From a virus: a DNA stretch of 64,000 nucleotides. The notes below the pieces were generated by a model. That model was not told the DNA's origin and searched no databases. It was given only the letters and a program-made list of their open reading frames with translations. Below, piece by piece: positions 18,024-29,089 of the stretch. The DNA lies in the IMG/VR virus record IMGVR_UViG_3300023174_003154, positions 12,140 through 76,139 of that record; one strand, 5' to 3'. The position numbers and the translations under genes are program-made. Position 1 is the first letter of the stretch, and each line of letters begins with the position of its first letter.

Positions 18024-19223
18024 ATGTCACAAGTTCTATTAGAAAGTCGTTGGGATGAGACTAGAGAAGCCCTACTTGAAGGTCTTAAAGGTAATCGCCG
18101 CTCAACAATGGGTGTTATTTTAGAAAACACTCGCAAATCATTATTGTCTGAATCTTCAGCCGGTACAACAATGGCAGGTAATATCGCTACATTAAATCGT
18201 GTGATTCTACCAGTTATCCGTCGTGTAATGCCAACAGTTATCGCTAACGAGTTGGTCGGTGTTCAGCCAATGACAGGACCAGTTGGTCAAATTCATACTC
18301 TACGTGTTCGCTACGCAGAAACATTGAATGACACAAGCGGTGCAGGTACATCAACAATTGCTGGTGAAGAAGCACTAAGTCCATTCAAGATTGCTCAAGC
18401 ATACTCTGCAGGTACAGGTACATCTAACCAGTCTAACTATACAGCTACTTCAACAGCAGCTTTAGAAGGTCAAGGCGGTCGTCAGATTTCCGTACAAATT
18501 CTACGTCAAGCTGTTGAAGCTAAGTCACGTAAATTGCAAGCACGTTGGACATTCGAGGCAGCACAAGATGCTCAGTCTCAACATGGTATTGACGTAGAAG
18601 CAGAAATCATGGCAGCTTTAGCACAAGAAATTACTGCTGAAATTGACCAAGAAATTCTATTGTCATTAAGCACATTAGCTACTTCAGAAGAAACATATAA
18701 CCAAGCTACAGTATCTGGTACAGCTACATTCGTTGGTGACGAACATGCCGCATTGGCAGTTCTTATCAATCGTGTTGCTAACAAGATTGCTCAACGCACA
18801 CGTCGTGGTGCTGGTAACTGGGCAGTTGTTTCTCCAGCAGCATTGACAGTTCTACAATCAGCTACAACATCAGCTTTTGCTCGTACAACAGAAGGTACAT
18901 TCGAAGCACCTACAAACACTAAGTTTGTTGGTACATTGAACGGTGCTATGCGTGTATTCGTAAACAGCTATGCGGCTGATGACCAAGCTGTTCTAGTTGG
19001 TTACAAAGGTACAAGTGAAACAGATGCGGCAGCTTTCTATTGCCCATACATCCCATTGATGTCATCTGGTGTTGTTCTAGATCCAGCAACATTCGAACCA
19101 GTCGTATCATTCATGACACGTTATGGTTATATCGAATTGACAAACACTGCATCATCTTTTGGTAATGCGGCTGATTATGTTGGTGAAATCGATATCAACA
19201 GTACTACACTATCATTCTCTTAA
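18024..19223 (+). CDS. gp23: Major capsid protein
   Basis: VGVQPMTGPVGQI, V.AKSRKL.A.WT.E.AQD...HG.D.E.E, FYCPYIPL, F.TRYG. Confidence 0.97.
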   Translation: MSQVLLESRWDETREALLEGLKGNRRSTMGVILENTRKSLLSESSAGTTMAGNIATLNRVILPVIRRVMPTVIANELVGVQPMTGPVGQIHTLRVRYAETLNDTSGAGTSTIAGEEALSPFKIAQAYSAGTGTSNQSNYTATSTAALEGQGGRQISVQILRQAVEAKSRKLQARWTFEAAQDAQSQHGIDVEAEIMAALAQEITAEIDQEILLSLSTLATSEETYNQATVSGTATFVGDEHAALAVLINRVANKIAQRTRRGAGNWAVVSPAALTVLQSATTSAFARTTEGTFEAPTNTKFVGTLNGAMRVFVNSYAADDQAVLVGYKGTSETDAAAFYCPYIPLMSSGVVLDPATFEPVVSFMTRYGYIELTNTASSFGNAADYVGEIDINSTTLSFS

Positions 19224-19257
19224 TCAGAGAGTAAATCTACCCAAGGGATGGGAAGGT

Positions 19258-19286
19258 AAAAAAAGGGCACTTAGGTGCCCTTTTTT
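19258..19286 (+). terminator. Intrinsic terminator after the capsid gene
   Basis: A7-GGGCAC-ttag-GTGCCC-T6. Confidence 0.88.
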
Positions 19287-19296
19287 GTTAGAGAGG

Positions 19297-19304
19297 CATA
19301 AATA
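19297..19304 (+). promoter_or_regulatory. Late promoter CATAAATA
   Basis: Between the terminator and the next gene. Confidence 0.6.
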
Positions 19305-19352
19305 ATATTATGCATTCTCTATATGAAGTGCAACAATTTAAAGGAAATTATT

Positions 19353-19721
19353 ATGCCATTCGTAACACGTTCACATGGTGACTTAAAACCAGTAGCAAAC
19401 TTTGACACACCAGACTATACAGTTGGTGCAGTTAACGCTGTAACATCAGCCGCAACAGTTCAACCACAAGGTCCAAAATTAGACTTTGCAACTATCACTA
19501 AAGGTAGTGGTGCATGGACAGCAACACAAGTAAAAACTATTGTTGATGTTATCCAACAAAAAGCAGTTGTTTATATCTATGAATATACAAACTCTTCACC
19601 AGACACATTAGCAGTTGCTTACTACCCAACAGGTGCATGGACAACTAGTGATTTAGATGATGCAGTTACAGCCGCTACAGCCGCATGTACAGTTGCCGCA
19701 ACAGCAACATTCACAGGTTAA
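19353..19721 (+). CDS. Small virion protein, possibly a capsid decoration protein
   Basis: AAGGA RBS favours the start MPFVTRSH at 19353; own promoter and terminator, immediately after gp23. Confidence 0.55.
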   Translation: MPFVTRSHGDLKPVANFDTPDYTVGAVNAVTSAATVQPQGPKLDFATITKGSGAWTATQVKTIVDVIQQKAVVYIYEYTNSSPDTLAVAYYPTGAWTTSDLDDAVTAATAACTVAATATFTG

Positions 19722-19741
19722 TCAGTAAACTGATTAAAAAT

Positions 19742-19768
19742 AAAGAGCACTTCGGTGCTCTTTTTTTT
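19742..19768 (+). terminator. Intrinsic terminator
   Basis: GAGCAC-TTCG-GTGCTC-T8. Confidence 0.9.
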
Positions 19769-19800
19769 GGATATAGTCATTATTAGTATCTCTCAATATT

Positions 19801-19808
19801 GATAAATA
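19801..19808 (+). promoter_or_regulatory. Late promoter GATAAATA at the start of the fibre cluster
   Basis: Upstream of the ATG at 19839. Confidence 0.6.
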
Positions 19809-19838
19809 AAGAATAAAATATTATTTGGAAGAATAAAC

Positions 19839-20537
19839 ATGTCAGATCCCTTTAATTCACCCGGCGGTTACACTGTAGGAATTCCACCTATTCAAGTAGT
19901 TGCAGCCAATGGTGCTATTACTTCAGATAAAGCAAATTTTGGTAACGTTGCAATGTCAGGTAATCTGGCTGTCTCAGGTGCAATTACTGCAACAAATTTT
20001 TATGGAAGTTTAGTCGGTAATATTAATGCTAATATTACTGTTTCAGGAAGTAATGGGGCTGTTCTTTTCAATGATAACGGTTTAGCTGTAGGTGCTGACG
20101 GTGTAGTCTATAATAAAGGAGATAAATCACTAACTGTAGAAAATGATTTATCGGCTACAACATTTACATTAGGTTTAGCACCTAGTCAATTTTATGAAAT
20201 TTCATCTCAAATTGCAACTACCAGTAGTACATCTGCAAATCAAGTTTTACACAGAACATATGCAAGTAGTGTGATTGCAGTAGATTATACTATCATTGCA
20301 ACAAACACAGTTTTAAATTATCGGCAAGTAAGTAAATTAGATTCAGCTATTTTAGGTAGTATAGTTGAATATGCTGAATTTGGAACTGTTGATTTACCAC
20401 AGTCAAGTCCAGGAGTAGCAGATTTTAGAGTTAGTTTTGAATCCGGTGGTGGTGCAGGAAATGTAGTTTTAACTGCAACACCTGTTGCATCAGACTTAAC
20501 AGAATACAAAATTTTGATTACAAAATTTAAAGAATAA
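19839..20537 (+). CDS. Virion structural/fibre protein
   Basis: FNS.GG.TVG N-terminus and a C-terminal beta domain shared with the next gene. Confidence 0.6.
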   Translation: MSDPFNSPGGYTVGIPPIQVVAANGAITSDKANFGNVAMSGNLAVSGAITATNFYGSLVGNINANITVSGSNGAVLFNDNGLAVGADGVVYNKGDKSLTVENDLSATTFTLGLAPSQFYEISSQIATTSSTSANQVLHRTYASSVIAVDYTIIATNTVLNYRQVSKLDSAILGSIVEYAEFGTVDLPQSSPGVADFRVSFESGGGAGNVVLTATPVASDLTEYKILITKFKE

Positions 20538-20549
20538 GGATAACAAGAA

Positions 20550-23534
20550 ATGGCTATTCGCACGTTTAACTCAGTTGGCGGCTTTTCAGTAGGGGAAATC
20601 CCAACCAGTGTCATATTACCCAACGGCGATGTAACTACTGGTAATGCAAGACTAACATCAAATGTTATAGTTGGTAACATTATAACAGGTAGTGGTAATA
20701 TTACTGTAGGTAACACTATACTTACTGGTAATCTAAGAACAGATAACTTACTATACGCTAATGGTGTTACTTGGGATTTACAACAGGCTGCTGGAAGTAA
20801 CAATCAAATTCAATATAACGTTGGTAATGATTTTGGTGCAAGTACTAACCTAGCATTTTATCCTGCCAATGGACAATTTATTACATCAAACATCAATGTT
20901 TCTGGAAACATTGTTGCAGCCAACTTATTATCAAATACATTAACAAGTGGTAGACTTGTTATATCTAATTCTAACCTACTAACTGATGCCCCTAATCTAA
21001 AATATGATACTGCTACTCAGAAATTAACAGCGGTAAATTTTGAAACATTAGGTGATACAGTTATCGGTGGTAACTTAACTGTTCAAGGTACATTAACAAG
21101 TTTAGAAACAACAAATACAACGATTGAAGATAATACAGTTTTACTTAACAAAGGTGAAACTGGATCGGGTGTTTCTAGTGGTACATCCGGTCTTGAAATT
21201 GACAGAGGAACAAGCAATAATACTACATTGCTTTGGACTGAATCTTCTAACGCATGGGTGTTTAAATACGGTAATGCAAATGCAAGTATAGTTGCCGGCA
21301 ATGCATCATTATCCGGTGACGTTAGTATAGGCAATAGTCTATCCGTTACTGCTAATATTAATGCTGGTAATGTTAGCGGTAATATTTATGGTAACATCTA
21401 TGGTAATGTTAATGCTAACTTAACAGCACCAGGATCAAACACACAAATTCTTTTCAACGATGCAACTGCCATTCAAGCCGCATCTGGTCTAACATATAAT
21501 AAGACAAGCAATCTAGTAACTCTATCAGGTAATATCAGTGTAAGTAACGTTACTAGTGTATCAAATATTGCGTTCTCTAATGGTGGCTATTTTAATCAAT
21601 TGGGCAATGTTATCAGCATTGCTACATCAGGTACAACAAGCAAAGTTGAATTAAAAACAGTAGACGGTGCAAATACAACAACTGTTTCAGCTAATGCGAA
21701 TGGTGTAACTTTTGTCGCTGGTACAGGGACATTAACATTCAGTACAAATGGCAATTTGATAACATCAGGTAACATTTCTGCAAGTGCAGGATTAATTACC
21801 GGCAACTCATTATATATAAACACAACAGCTAATGTTCGCGGAGATACGACATTAGGTGGTAATCTATCAGTATCTAGTCAAACTACAATTGGTGGTAATG
21901 TTACTATTGGTAACGTATCAGCCACTGCAAATGCAAACATCTCAGGTAACTTATATGTTGGTGTAGATGCAAACATTGTTGGTGCATTGACAATTGGTAA
22001 TCTAAATGTTAGAAATTATGTCAACTCAAATCTAATTCCAGGAATAGCAGGTAACGGGGATGCTAATACAGGTTATAGTTTAGGAACTCAAGTATTTCCT
22101 TGGAAAGACTTATGGTTATCAAGTAATGCTATTCATTTGGGAACAGCAAATATTAATGCTAATAGTTCCGGAGTAGTATTCACATCTAATCAAGCAATCA
22201 CACAAAACTTATACGCCGGTAACATTCAAACAAGTGGATATGTATTCATTGGTAATGCAAGTATCCCTGCTAACTTAGTAGCATACGGTACTGGTAACAT
22301 TGCAAATACAACTGTTTCTACAAACACAACAACAGGTGCATTTATTGTAGCGGGTGGTGCTGGTGTTGGTGGAAATTTAAATGTAGGTGGCGCAGGTAGT
22401 ATTTTAGGTAATTTACTTGTAGGAAATTCTACATCACCTAAGAGTGCAAATATTACACAAGATATTACTATAGGAGGAGATGGCTCAGTTACAGGTAATT
22501 TTTCTATTTCAGGAAACTTACTAGTAACCGGTACAACCACTTATCTTAATGTTCAAAGTATAGATTCAAAAGATTCTATCATATCTTTGGGTGGTAAAGG
22601 AAGTGCAACTAATTTAGATACTTCAACAACAAATGACAGTGGTTTATTCTTACGAAATTATTACAGCGGTTCCCCATCTAATCAGTTTATGGGATGGTCA
22701 ACATCTGGTAAAGAATTTCAATTACTATCATCAGCATCACTAACTAATGAGGTTGCAACAGGTACTTTTGCAAACTTACATATTGGTCTATTGAATAGTT
22801 CAAACATTTATGGTAGAATAGAAACATCTAGTCAGCCAAACGTCACTACAATGTCAGGTCTAACTGATATTGCTGTTTCTAATGTTGCTAATATTAATAT
22901 TGCTACTATAGGTAATTTAATAGCAAGTGGATTGCGTTATCCATTAGCAGACGGAACAAATGGTCAACTATTAACAACGTATGGTAATGGTACATTATAT
23001 TTCTCATCAATTAGTCAAACTAGTATTTCAAATGGTTCTAGTAGCATAAATGTTGCACAAAATTCAAACATATCATTTACAGCTAACGGAAATACTTCAT
23101 TAGTAGTTACTAGTACTGGTGCAAATGTAATTGGTAATTTAAATGTTACTGGATCAGTAACATTAGGTAATATTTCAGTTGGTGAGATTTCTCCAACTAC
23201 AATTAAAATTGGTAACTCATCAATTAGGTCAAGTACAGTTACTACAACATCTACTACACCGGGGCAAATACTTGCAGAAGTAAGTGCAACTGGAGTTCGT
23301 GGTATTGAATTCTTTATTAAAGGTGAAGATACTACTGGATTAAAATACTCTATTGCAACAGTGGCAGCAGTTCATAACGGTACTGATATTGCATATGATG
23401 TATACGGTACTGTTAATATAGGTGGTTACGTTGGGAAACTTAGTGCTAGTTATGCAGGTGGAAATGTTCAATTGATAGTAACACCTTCTAGTACTAATCC
23501 AACAGTTTGGACAACACAGTTTAAGACTATCTAA
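20550..23534 (+). CDS. Long Asn/Gly/Thr-rich fibre protein
   Basis: Beta-repeat shaft; GSNTQI.FN modules; GLEIDRG module. Confidence 0.7.
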   Translation: MAIRTFNSVGGFSVGEIPTSVILPNGDVTTGNARLTSNVIVGNIITGSGNITVGNTILTGNLRTDNLLYANGVTWDLQQAAGSNNQIQYNVGNDFGASTNLAFYPANGQFITSNINVSGNIVAANLLSNTLTSGRLVISNSNLLTDAPNLKYDTATQKLTAVNFETLGDTVIGGNLTVQGTLTSLETTNTTIEDNTVLLNKGETGSGVSSGTSGLEIDRGTSNNTTLLWTESSNAWVFKYGNANASIVAGNASLSGDVSIGNSLSVTANINAGNVSGNIYGNIYGNVNANLTAPGSNTQILFNDATAIQAASGLTYNKTSNLVTLSGNISVSNVTSVSNIAFSNGGYFNQLGNVISIATSGTTSKVELKTVDGANTTTVSANANGVTFVAGTGTLTFSTNGNLITSGNISASAGLITGNSLYINTTANVRGDTTLGGNLSVSSQTTIGGNVTIGNVSATANANISGNLYVGVDANIVGALTIGNLNVRNYVNSNLIPGIAGNGDANTGYSLGTQVFPWKDLWLSSNAIHLGTANINANSSGVVFTSNQAITQNLYAGNIQTSGYVFIGNASIPANLVAYGTGNIANTTVSTNTTTGAFIVAGGAGVGGNLNVGGAGSILGNLLVGNSTSPKSANITQDITIGGDGSVTGNFSISGNLLVTGTTTYLNVQSIDSKDSIISLGGKGSATNLDTSTTNDSGLFLRNYYSGSPSNQFMGWSTSGKEFQLLSSASLTNEVATGTFANLHIGLLNSSNIYGRIETSSQPNVTTMSGLTDIAVSNVANINIATIGNLIASGLRYPLADGTNGQLLTTYGNGTLYFSSISQTSISNGSSSINVAQNSNISFTANGNTSLVVTSTGANVIGNLNVTGSVTLGNISVGEISPTTIKIGNSSIRSSTVTTTSTTPGQILAEVSATGVRGIEFFIKGEDTTGLKYSIATVAAVHNGTDIAYDVYGTVNIGGYVGKLSASYAGGNVQLIVTPSSTNPTVWTTQFKTI

Positions 23535-23546
23535 TTGAGAGAATAA

Positions 23547-26500
23547 ATGGCATCAATACTTAAAAAATTCAACTCAATCGGCGGATTCTCGGTAGGTGAT
23601 GAAACACCTATTGACGTAATTGACGCTAATGCTAATGTAACTGCTAATAACCTATCAGTATCAGGTGATGCTTCTATCACAGGTAACTTAAGTGTTTTGG
23701 GTACTGTTTCATATATTGAAACCAGTACTACTTACATTACTGATCCTATAACAGAAACAGGTGGTGGACCAAACGGTAATGTATTAACTACTGATGACAA
23801 TATGGATCGCGGTTCGTTGCTACATTACTATGATGGTAAAGCAATTGATGCGTTTATTGGTTGGGACAGCAGTAATTCAGAATTTACACTTGCTAGTAAT
23901 GTATCAGTAAACAACAATGTTGTAACAGTTAATGACCTTGGTAATATAAGATTAGGTAACATAATTGCTAGCAATGTCGATGTTACTGGATATGTTAATT
24001 CAAATTTGATTCCAGGTATTCCGGGTGATGGATTAACTCATGCTGGGTATGATTTAGGATCAGAAGCTAATCCTTGGAAAGACTTGTGGTTATCTGGTTT
24101 TAGTATTAAGTTAGGTAATACAACAATTACTTCAGGAGCCGCAAATTCTCTTAGTACAGCTAACGCAAATATTCCCGACACATTACTAGTAGGAAATATC
24201 AATGCAACTGGTTTTGCCAACATTACAGGTAACATCACTGGTGCAAATGCTAATCTTGGTAACTTAGTAACAGCTAATTTTGTAAGTATTACTGCTAATC
24301 TAACATCCGGTAACGCAAGTTTAGGTAATTTAGCAACAGCTAACTACTTCAATATAACATCTAACTTAACATCTGGTAATGCGAGTTTAGGTAATTTAGC
24401 AACAGCAAACTATGTCAACGTTACTGCTAACATAACATCCGGCAATGCAAGTTTAGGTAACTTAGCTACTGCAAATTACGTTAATGTTGCTAATAATTTA
24501 ACAGTATCAGGTGATGCATCTATTGCAGGTAACTTGAATGTTATGGGTACAGTTTCTTATATAGAGACTACTACAACTTATGTGACTGATCCGCTATTTG
24601 AATTAGGTGGTGGTGCAAACGGCAATGTTCTAACAAGCAATGACAGTATGGACCGTGGCACTGTGTTGCATTATTACACAACTAAACCAGTAGATGCATT
24701 TATTGGATGGGATAATTCAAATGCTGAATTTGCTTTAGGAAGCAATGTAACAGTTGATTATGCTAACAATATAGTAGGGTTCAATGAATTTGGTAATCTA
24801 CGTGCAGGTAATATAACTACTCAAGGTGATATAACTACCTCAGGCAATATAACAATTACCGGTAATATTAATGTTACTGGTAGTATTAGTTCAGGCACCG
24901 GTGGTGCAGCCATCAACGGAAATTCGATACCATTAGGGTATCCAACTGACGGCAATCTCGTATCCCCAGGAGCGCTAGCTATTTGGTCAAACACTACCAC
25001 TGTAACTGATGCTATTGATGATTTAAATGAAGTAATGTTAAATGTTGTAAAAGGTACTTTTGTTGGAAATGTAGATTTTACAGCCAACATTGTAGCAGGG
25101 CCTAGTCCATTGGCTCTATCATTTAGTAGAACGTTTACTGGTACTGCTACTAATTATCTTTGGGATTTTGGTGATGGTACAACAAGCACAAGTTCAACAC
25201 CCACAAAAACATATTCTAATGTATCAGGTGGTCAATTTACAGTTGCGTTAACTGTAAGTAATTCCGGTGGTTCTGGGTCAGGAGCTAGCGATACTAAAAC
25301 TAGAACAAATTATATTACTCTATATACACCAACCCCAATTGCAAGTTTTACTTTAGATAAAACTACTATTGATACCGGTTCTGTTATAAGTTTAACAAAT
25401 ACAAGTCAGTACGCACAGAGTTATGTTATATACTGGGGTGATGGAACATCAGATACTATTGTTTCCAATAGTGTAGCCGGTGGTGTTGGAGGCGGGGCAA
25501 AAACACATACATATACTGTTACTGGATCAGCAGACACACGTTATCAACCCTATATTGTCGCAACCAGTACAACTGCAGGGGCTAGTCCAACAAGTGTAAC
25601 TAGTTCTACACAGAATGTTTATGTTTACAAAACACATAGTCCGGCATTCACTTATAGTAGTACAACAAGTTATGTTTCTCAACTTGAAGGTAATGACCAA
25701 TATGACACCGTCGGTGGTCATGGATTTAATATAACTTTTACAAACACAACACCTGCAGGTGTTGGAGCTACAACTACATTCTCAGGTAACTATTATAAAT
25801 GGACATGGGGTGATGGTACAACAACTTCAGTAAATGCAGGTTCTGGTAGTGCCGGAGATAGAAGTGTTGCTATTACTCATAAATTTAGTTTAACTAACGT
25901 TTTGGTAGGACAAACATTCACTGTAAAATTAGAAGTTTACAATGGATATTCAACTAGCCCATTCAGTTCAAGCACAGTAACAGTAACAGTACATCCTGAT
26001 CCACAAGCCATCTTTACTGGCAATTTAGTTACATTATCAGACAGAACAGGTGATACATCACAAACTGGTTATTACTTTACTGATTTGAACGGAGTTGATA
26101 GGGCAATTGTAAGATTTACAAATAGCTCATTAAATGCCAATTCATACAAATGGACATGGGGCGATGGTAGTAATAGCGGAGTGATAACAACTGGTGCAGG
26201 AACTCCAGGATCTACTATAGACCATACATTTGCTAGTATTGGAAATTATACTGTTGCTTTGTTAGCAACAGGTACATATAGTGAATCTGCAAGTGATGAT
26301 ACAAATACAAAAACAAATTATATTTCGATTAATGCGGCTCCTACAGCACCAGCTGGATTAAGTTCTAAAACTTTGACTATGAGTACTTCTAGTGTTGGAA
26401 CAAGTCCTTATTTGGCAGCACTCGCAACTGATAATTCTGGCGGTAATATACCGGCAGCAGGTACAAGCGTAACACGTTATACTACTGGTACAGTAGTAAC

Positions 26501-27914
26501 CAACACTGTTACTGATGTATATAATTCATATACCGGAACATTAGGTACACGATTTAACGGATCAGATGATGGTAATATTGCTTTTACATCAAGTGATGAT
26601 TCAGGTACTTATGGTAATTTGGTAGTTACTTCTGATAGAGATGCTCATGTACCTAGTCCAGCTACATACCCTAGTAATTTTTATAAAGTATTTTCAGCAT
26701 ACGCTACTAAAGCAATTGGTAGTATAAGCACAGGTTATAACGAAATCAAATTAACTCATTCTACCACTGGAAATACTAACCCGGTTGGTTATGTAAAAGA
26801 CGATGTTACTTCTGTACCAACAATTGACGTTACCAGTGCTACTCTTACTACCGGAACAGCGGGTACTTACTTATATGTTTCTGGTATCCCGTATTTTAAC
26901 ACAGGAAGTCCTACTGTCGTATTAGCTGGAGCACAAATTTATAATTGGATTGGTCAAACATATCAAAATACAACTACACCTTTCACTATTTCACCTGATA
27001 CAAATGATGAAAGTACTAGTGGTAGTGTTATTACATCTCAAACCAAAACTTACAGTAATCTAGATGGAGCTACAACATTCTTATCTAGTGGTATTCCTAA
27101 AGCAAATACAGGTAAAGATTCTGGTAACAAATATACAATAGGAAATCAAACTATAAACGTAGCACCAGCTAGTACAATGGCAGTTCAAACTATTAAGTAT
27201 AGCATAACTAACGTAAATGGTACAAGTGCGACTGCAACAGTAGCAAAGAAAATTCAAGTCTTTACATCTACTCCAAGTGGTTTCGTAGAGACAAGTATTA
27301 CTGCTCCAGCAGGAGCAACAACTGCAAAACGCATTGCAATCACCGGAGCAACTGGTGCAAACCCAACATTCAGTAACAGCACTAACTATTATACAGGTAG
27401 TGCATGGACGGGGGCAGTAACAATTGCAGGTACTGACGAAGCGGTAGTTCGATGGAATCAACTTAAGTGGTTCAACACTGATTTAAGTACAGGTTATCTA
27501 CCGGTAGGACCTAATCTCAATTCAGGAAGAACTAGTGGTAATCAATATTTCCGAGGTGCATTTACTAAAGGATCACTACAAAATTTTAATGTAACATTTA
27601 CTGGTAAAATATCTGGATTGTTTTTTGCGGCACCTGGAACAGCAATTAGTACAGCAAGCACATTGAACGGATGGATTAATGCATCATTATCGTATGCTGG
27701 CAGTGGTGTACCGGGTGCAGGAACCGGTGGCAATGGCAGCAACGGTTGTGCTATTACAGTTGCAGATAGAGTACCTACTGGAAGTGTTGTTTCAGGAACA
27801 ACATATCGTTTTACATTGGGTAGCGAAAATCTAGCAAATGCATATGGCAATCAATTGTTATTCTGCATAGTTTTAGCTTCTGGCGACTATATAACAGCAT
27901 GGAGTTTTAGCTAA
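23547..27914 (+). CDS. Fibre/structural protein with four PKD-like domains
   Basis: W(DF/TW)GDG motif four times; two DRG..HYY modules; 22-aa tandem repeats. Confidence 0.75.
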   Translation: MASILKKFNSIGGFSVGDETPIDVIDANANVTANNLSVSGDASITGNLSVLGTVSYIETSTTYITDPITETGGGPNGNVLTTDDNMDRGSLLHYYDGKAIDAFIGWDSSNSEFTLASNVSVNNNVVTVNDLGNIRLGNIIASNVDVTGYVNSNLIPGIPGDGLTHAGYDLGSEANPWKDLWLSGFSIKLGNTTITSGAANSLSTANANIPDTLLVGNINATGFANITGNITGANANLGNLVTANFVSITANLTSGNASLGNLATANYFNITSNLTSGNASLGNLATANYVNVTANITSGNASLGNLATANYVNVANNLTVSGDASIAGNLNVMGTVSYIETTTTYVTDPLFELGGGANGNVLTSNDSMDRGTVLHYYTTKPVDAFIGWDNSNAEFALGSNVTVDYANNIVGFNEFGNLRAGNITTQGDITTSGNITITGNINVTGSISSGTGGAAINGNSIPLGYPTDGNLVSPGALAIWSNTTTVTDAIDDLNEVMLNVVKGTFVGNVDFTANIVAGPSPLALSFSRTFTGTATNYLWDFGDGTTSTSSTPTKTYSNVSGGQFTVALTVSNSGGSGSGASDTKTRTNYITLYTPTPIASFTLDKTTIDTGSVISLTNTSQYAQSYVIYWGDGTSDTIVSNSVAGGVGGGAKTHTYTVTGSADTRYQPYIVATSTTAGASPTSVTSSTQNVYVYKTHSPAFTYSSTTSYVSQLEGNDQYDTVGGHGFNITFTNTTPAGVGATTTFSGNYYKWTWGDGTTTSVNAGSGSAGDRSVAITHKFSLTNVLVGQTFTVKLEVYNGYSTSPFSSSTVTVTVHPDPQAIFTGNLVTLSDRTGDTSQTGYYFTDLNGVDRAIVRFTNSSLNANSYKWTWGDGSNSGVITTGAGTPGSTIDHTFASIGNYTVALLATGTYSESASDDTNTKTNYISINAAPTAPAGLSSKTLTMSTSSVGTSPYLAALATDNSGGNIPAAGTSVTRYTTGTVVTNTVTDVYNSYTGTLGTRFNGSDDGNIAFTSSDDSGTYGNLVVTSDRDAHVPSPATYPSNFYKVFSAYATKAIGSISTGYNEIKLTHSTTGNTNPVGYVKDDVTSVPTIDVTSATLTTGTAGTYLYVSGIPYFNTGSPTVVLAGAQIYNWIGQTYQNTTTPFTISPDTNDESTSGSVITSQTKTYSNLDGATTFLSSGIPKANTGKDSGNKYTIGNQTINVAPASTMAVQTIKYSITNVNGTSATATVAKKIQVFTSTPSGFVETSITAPAGATTAKRIAITGATGANPTFSNSTNYYTGSAWTGAVTIAGTDEAVVRWNQLKWFNTDLSTGYLPVGPNLNSGRTSGNQYFRGAFTKGSLQNFNVTFTGKISGLFFAAPGTAISTASTLNGWINASLSYAGSGVPGAGTGGNGSNGCAITVADRVPTGSVVSGTTYRFTLGSENLANAYGNQLLFCIVLASGDYITAWSFS
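24240..24500 (+). repeat. 66-nt tandem repeat (ANLTSGNASLGNLATANY), about 4 copies
   Basis: Units start at 24302, 24368 and 24434, with a partial earlier copy. Confidence 0.85.
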
Positions 27915-29080
27915 TGGCTTTATCTACTACAGAACAACTTGACTATCTTTGGAAAAAGCTAGGGTACGGTGTAACTAAAACTGATACCGCGGCAAATAAG
28001 TTAGCGTATAATGAGGGTATACCTAGTCCGTTATTATTACGTGCTGATAAAATATGGGCGCAGGCTGCTGATATACCAAATTCTAAACCAAGTACAACAT
28101 CTTCGGTTGTTCAAGTTTATAAAGACGGTACAGGAGCTTGGTCACCCACTGTTAAATGTACTGAAGATTTGGGTGCAAGTGATAATAGAACTTGGAAAAC
28201 TAATGTTACTGATTGGATCCCACCTGAATTTGGTGCAACCTATCTGGTTAGTGTTTATATCGATAATGATAATGCAACAGCACCGCAAACTACAGGTACA
28301 CAAATCTTTGCCGCAGGCGCAAGTGCAAGCAGTAATGATGAATGGTTTTTTGACTATCAATCAGGTGTCTTACACTTTATAGGAATTAGTTTACCAACTG
28401 CCATTACAACCGGCGTTACAGGTAAGAGTATTTTCATAAGTGGTGCAAGATATATTGGTTCTTTTGGTTTTAGCGAAACTGCAAATATTTCAAATGCTAG
28501 TATCACAACTGCAAATATCACAACTGCAAATATTACCACTGCAAACATTACCACTGCAAACATTGGTAATCTTAATATTACTGATAATATTGTTTCAAGT
28601 ACCAATGCTAACGCTAATATTACTCTTCAACCAAATGGAACTGGAAACGTAACTTTAGCCGCTAATACTGTTGTTACTGGTAGCTTTACTGTACAAGGTA
28701 ATGTAATTCTTAGTGGTGGCTCGCAGTCAGATAAAGTAACAGCGAATATAGTTACAACACCAAAGATTGAGAGTAGCACCACAAATATAGCAGTTGGATC
28801 AATGACACTAATTGACTCTTTCTTACCAACAAATTACAGAACGGCTAAATATGTTATAAAGGCTAGTGATAACACCGGGTACGAATCAGTTGAAGTGTTA
28901 TTAGTGCATAATGGGTCAGAGAGCTATATTACAGTATACGGAGCAATTAGTTCTACAGACGATGATATCATCTCAATTTCTAGTAACATAGGTGGCGGAA
29001 ACGTAAATCTATATGCATCTAATGTATCAGGAAGAACAAACACGATAGTAAATTTTGTAGGAACTTACGTCAAGGACTAA
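27914..29080 (+). CDS. Virion structural protein
   Basis: EWFFDYQSGVLHF domain; TANIT repeats; C-terminal YRTAKYVI..EVLLVHNG domain. Confidence 0.65.
   Translation: MALSTTEQLDYLWKKLGYGVTKTDTAANKLAYNEGIPSPLLLRADKIWAQAADIPNSKPSTTSSVVQVYKDGTGAWSPTVKCTEDLGASDNRTWKTNVTDWIPPEFGATYLVSVYIDNDNATAPQTTGTQIFAAGASASSNDEWFFDYQSGVLHFIGISLPTAITTGVTGKSIFISGARYIGSFGFSETANISNASITTANITTANITTANITTANIGNLNITDNIVSSTNANANITLQPNGTGNVTLAANTVVTGSFTVQGNVILSGGSQSDKVTANIVTTPKIESSTTNIAVGSMTLIDSFLPTNYRTAKYVIKASDNTGYESVEVLLVHNGSESYITVYGAISSTDDDIISISSNIGGGNVNLYASNVSGRTNTIVNFVGTYVKD
28478..28567 (+). repeat. 15-nt tandem repeat (TANIT)
   Basis: act gca aa(t/c) at(t/c) ac(a/c) repeated about 5-6 times. Confidence 0.85.
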
Positions 29081-29089
29081 AAATAGGAT

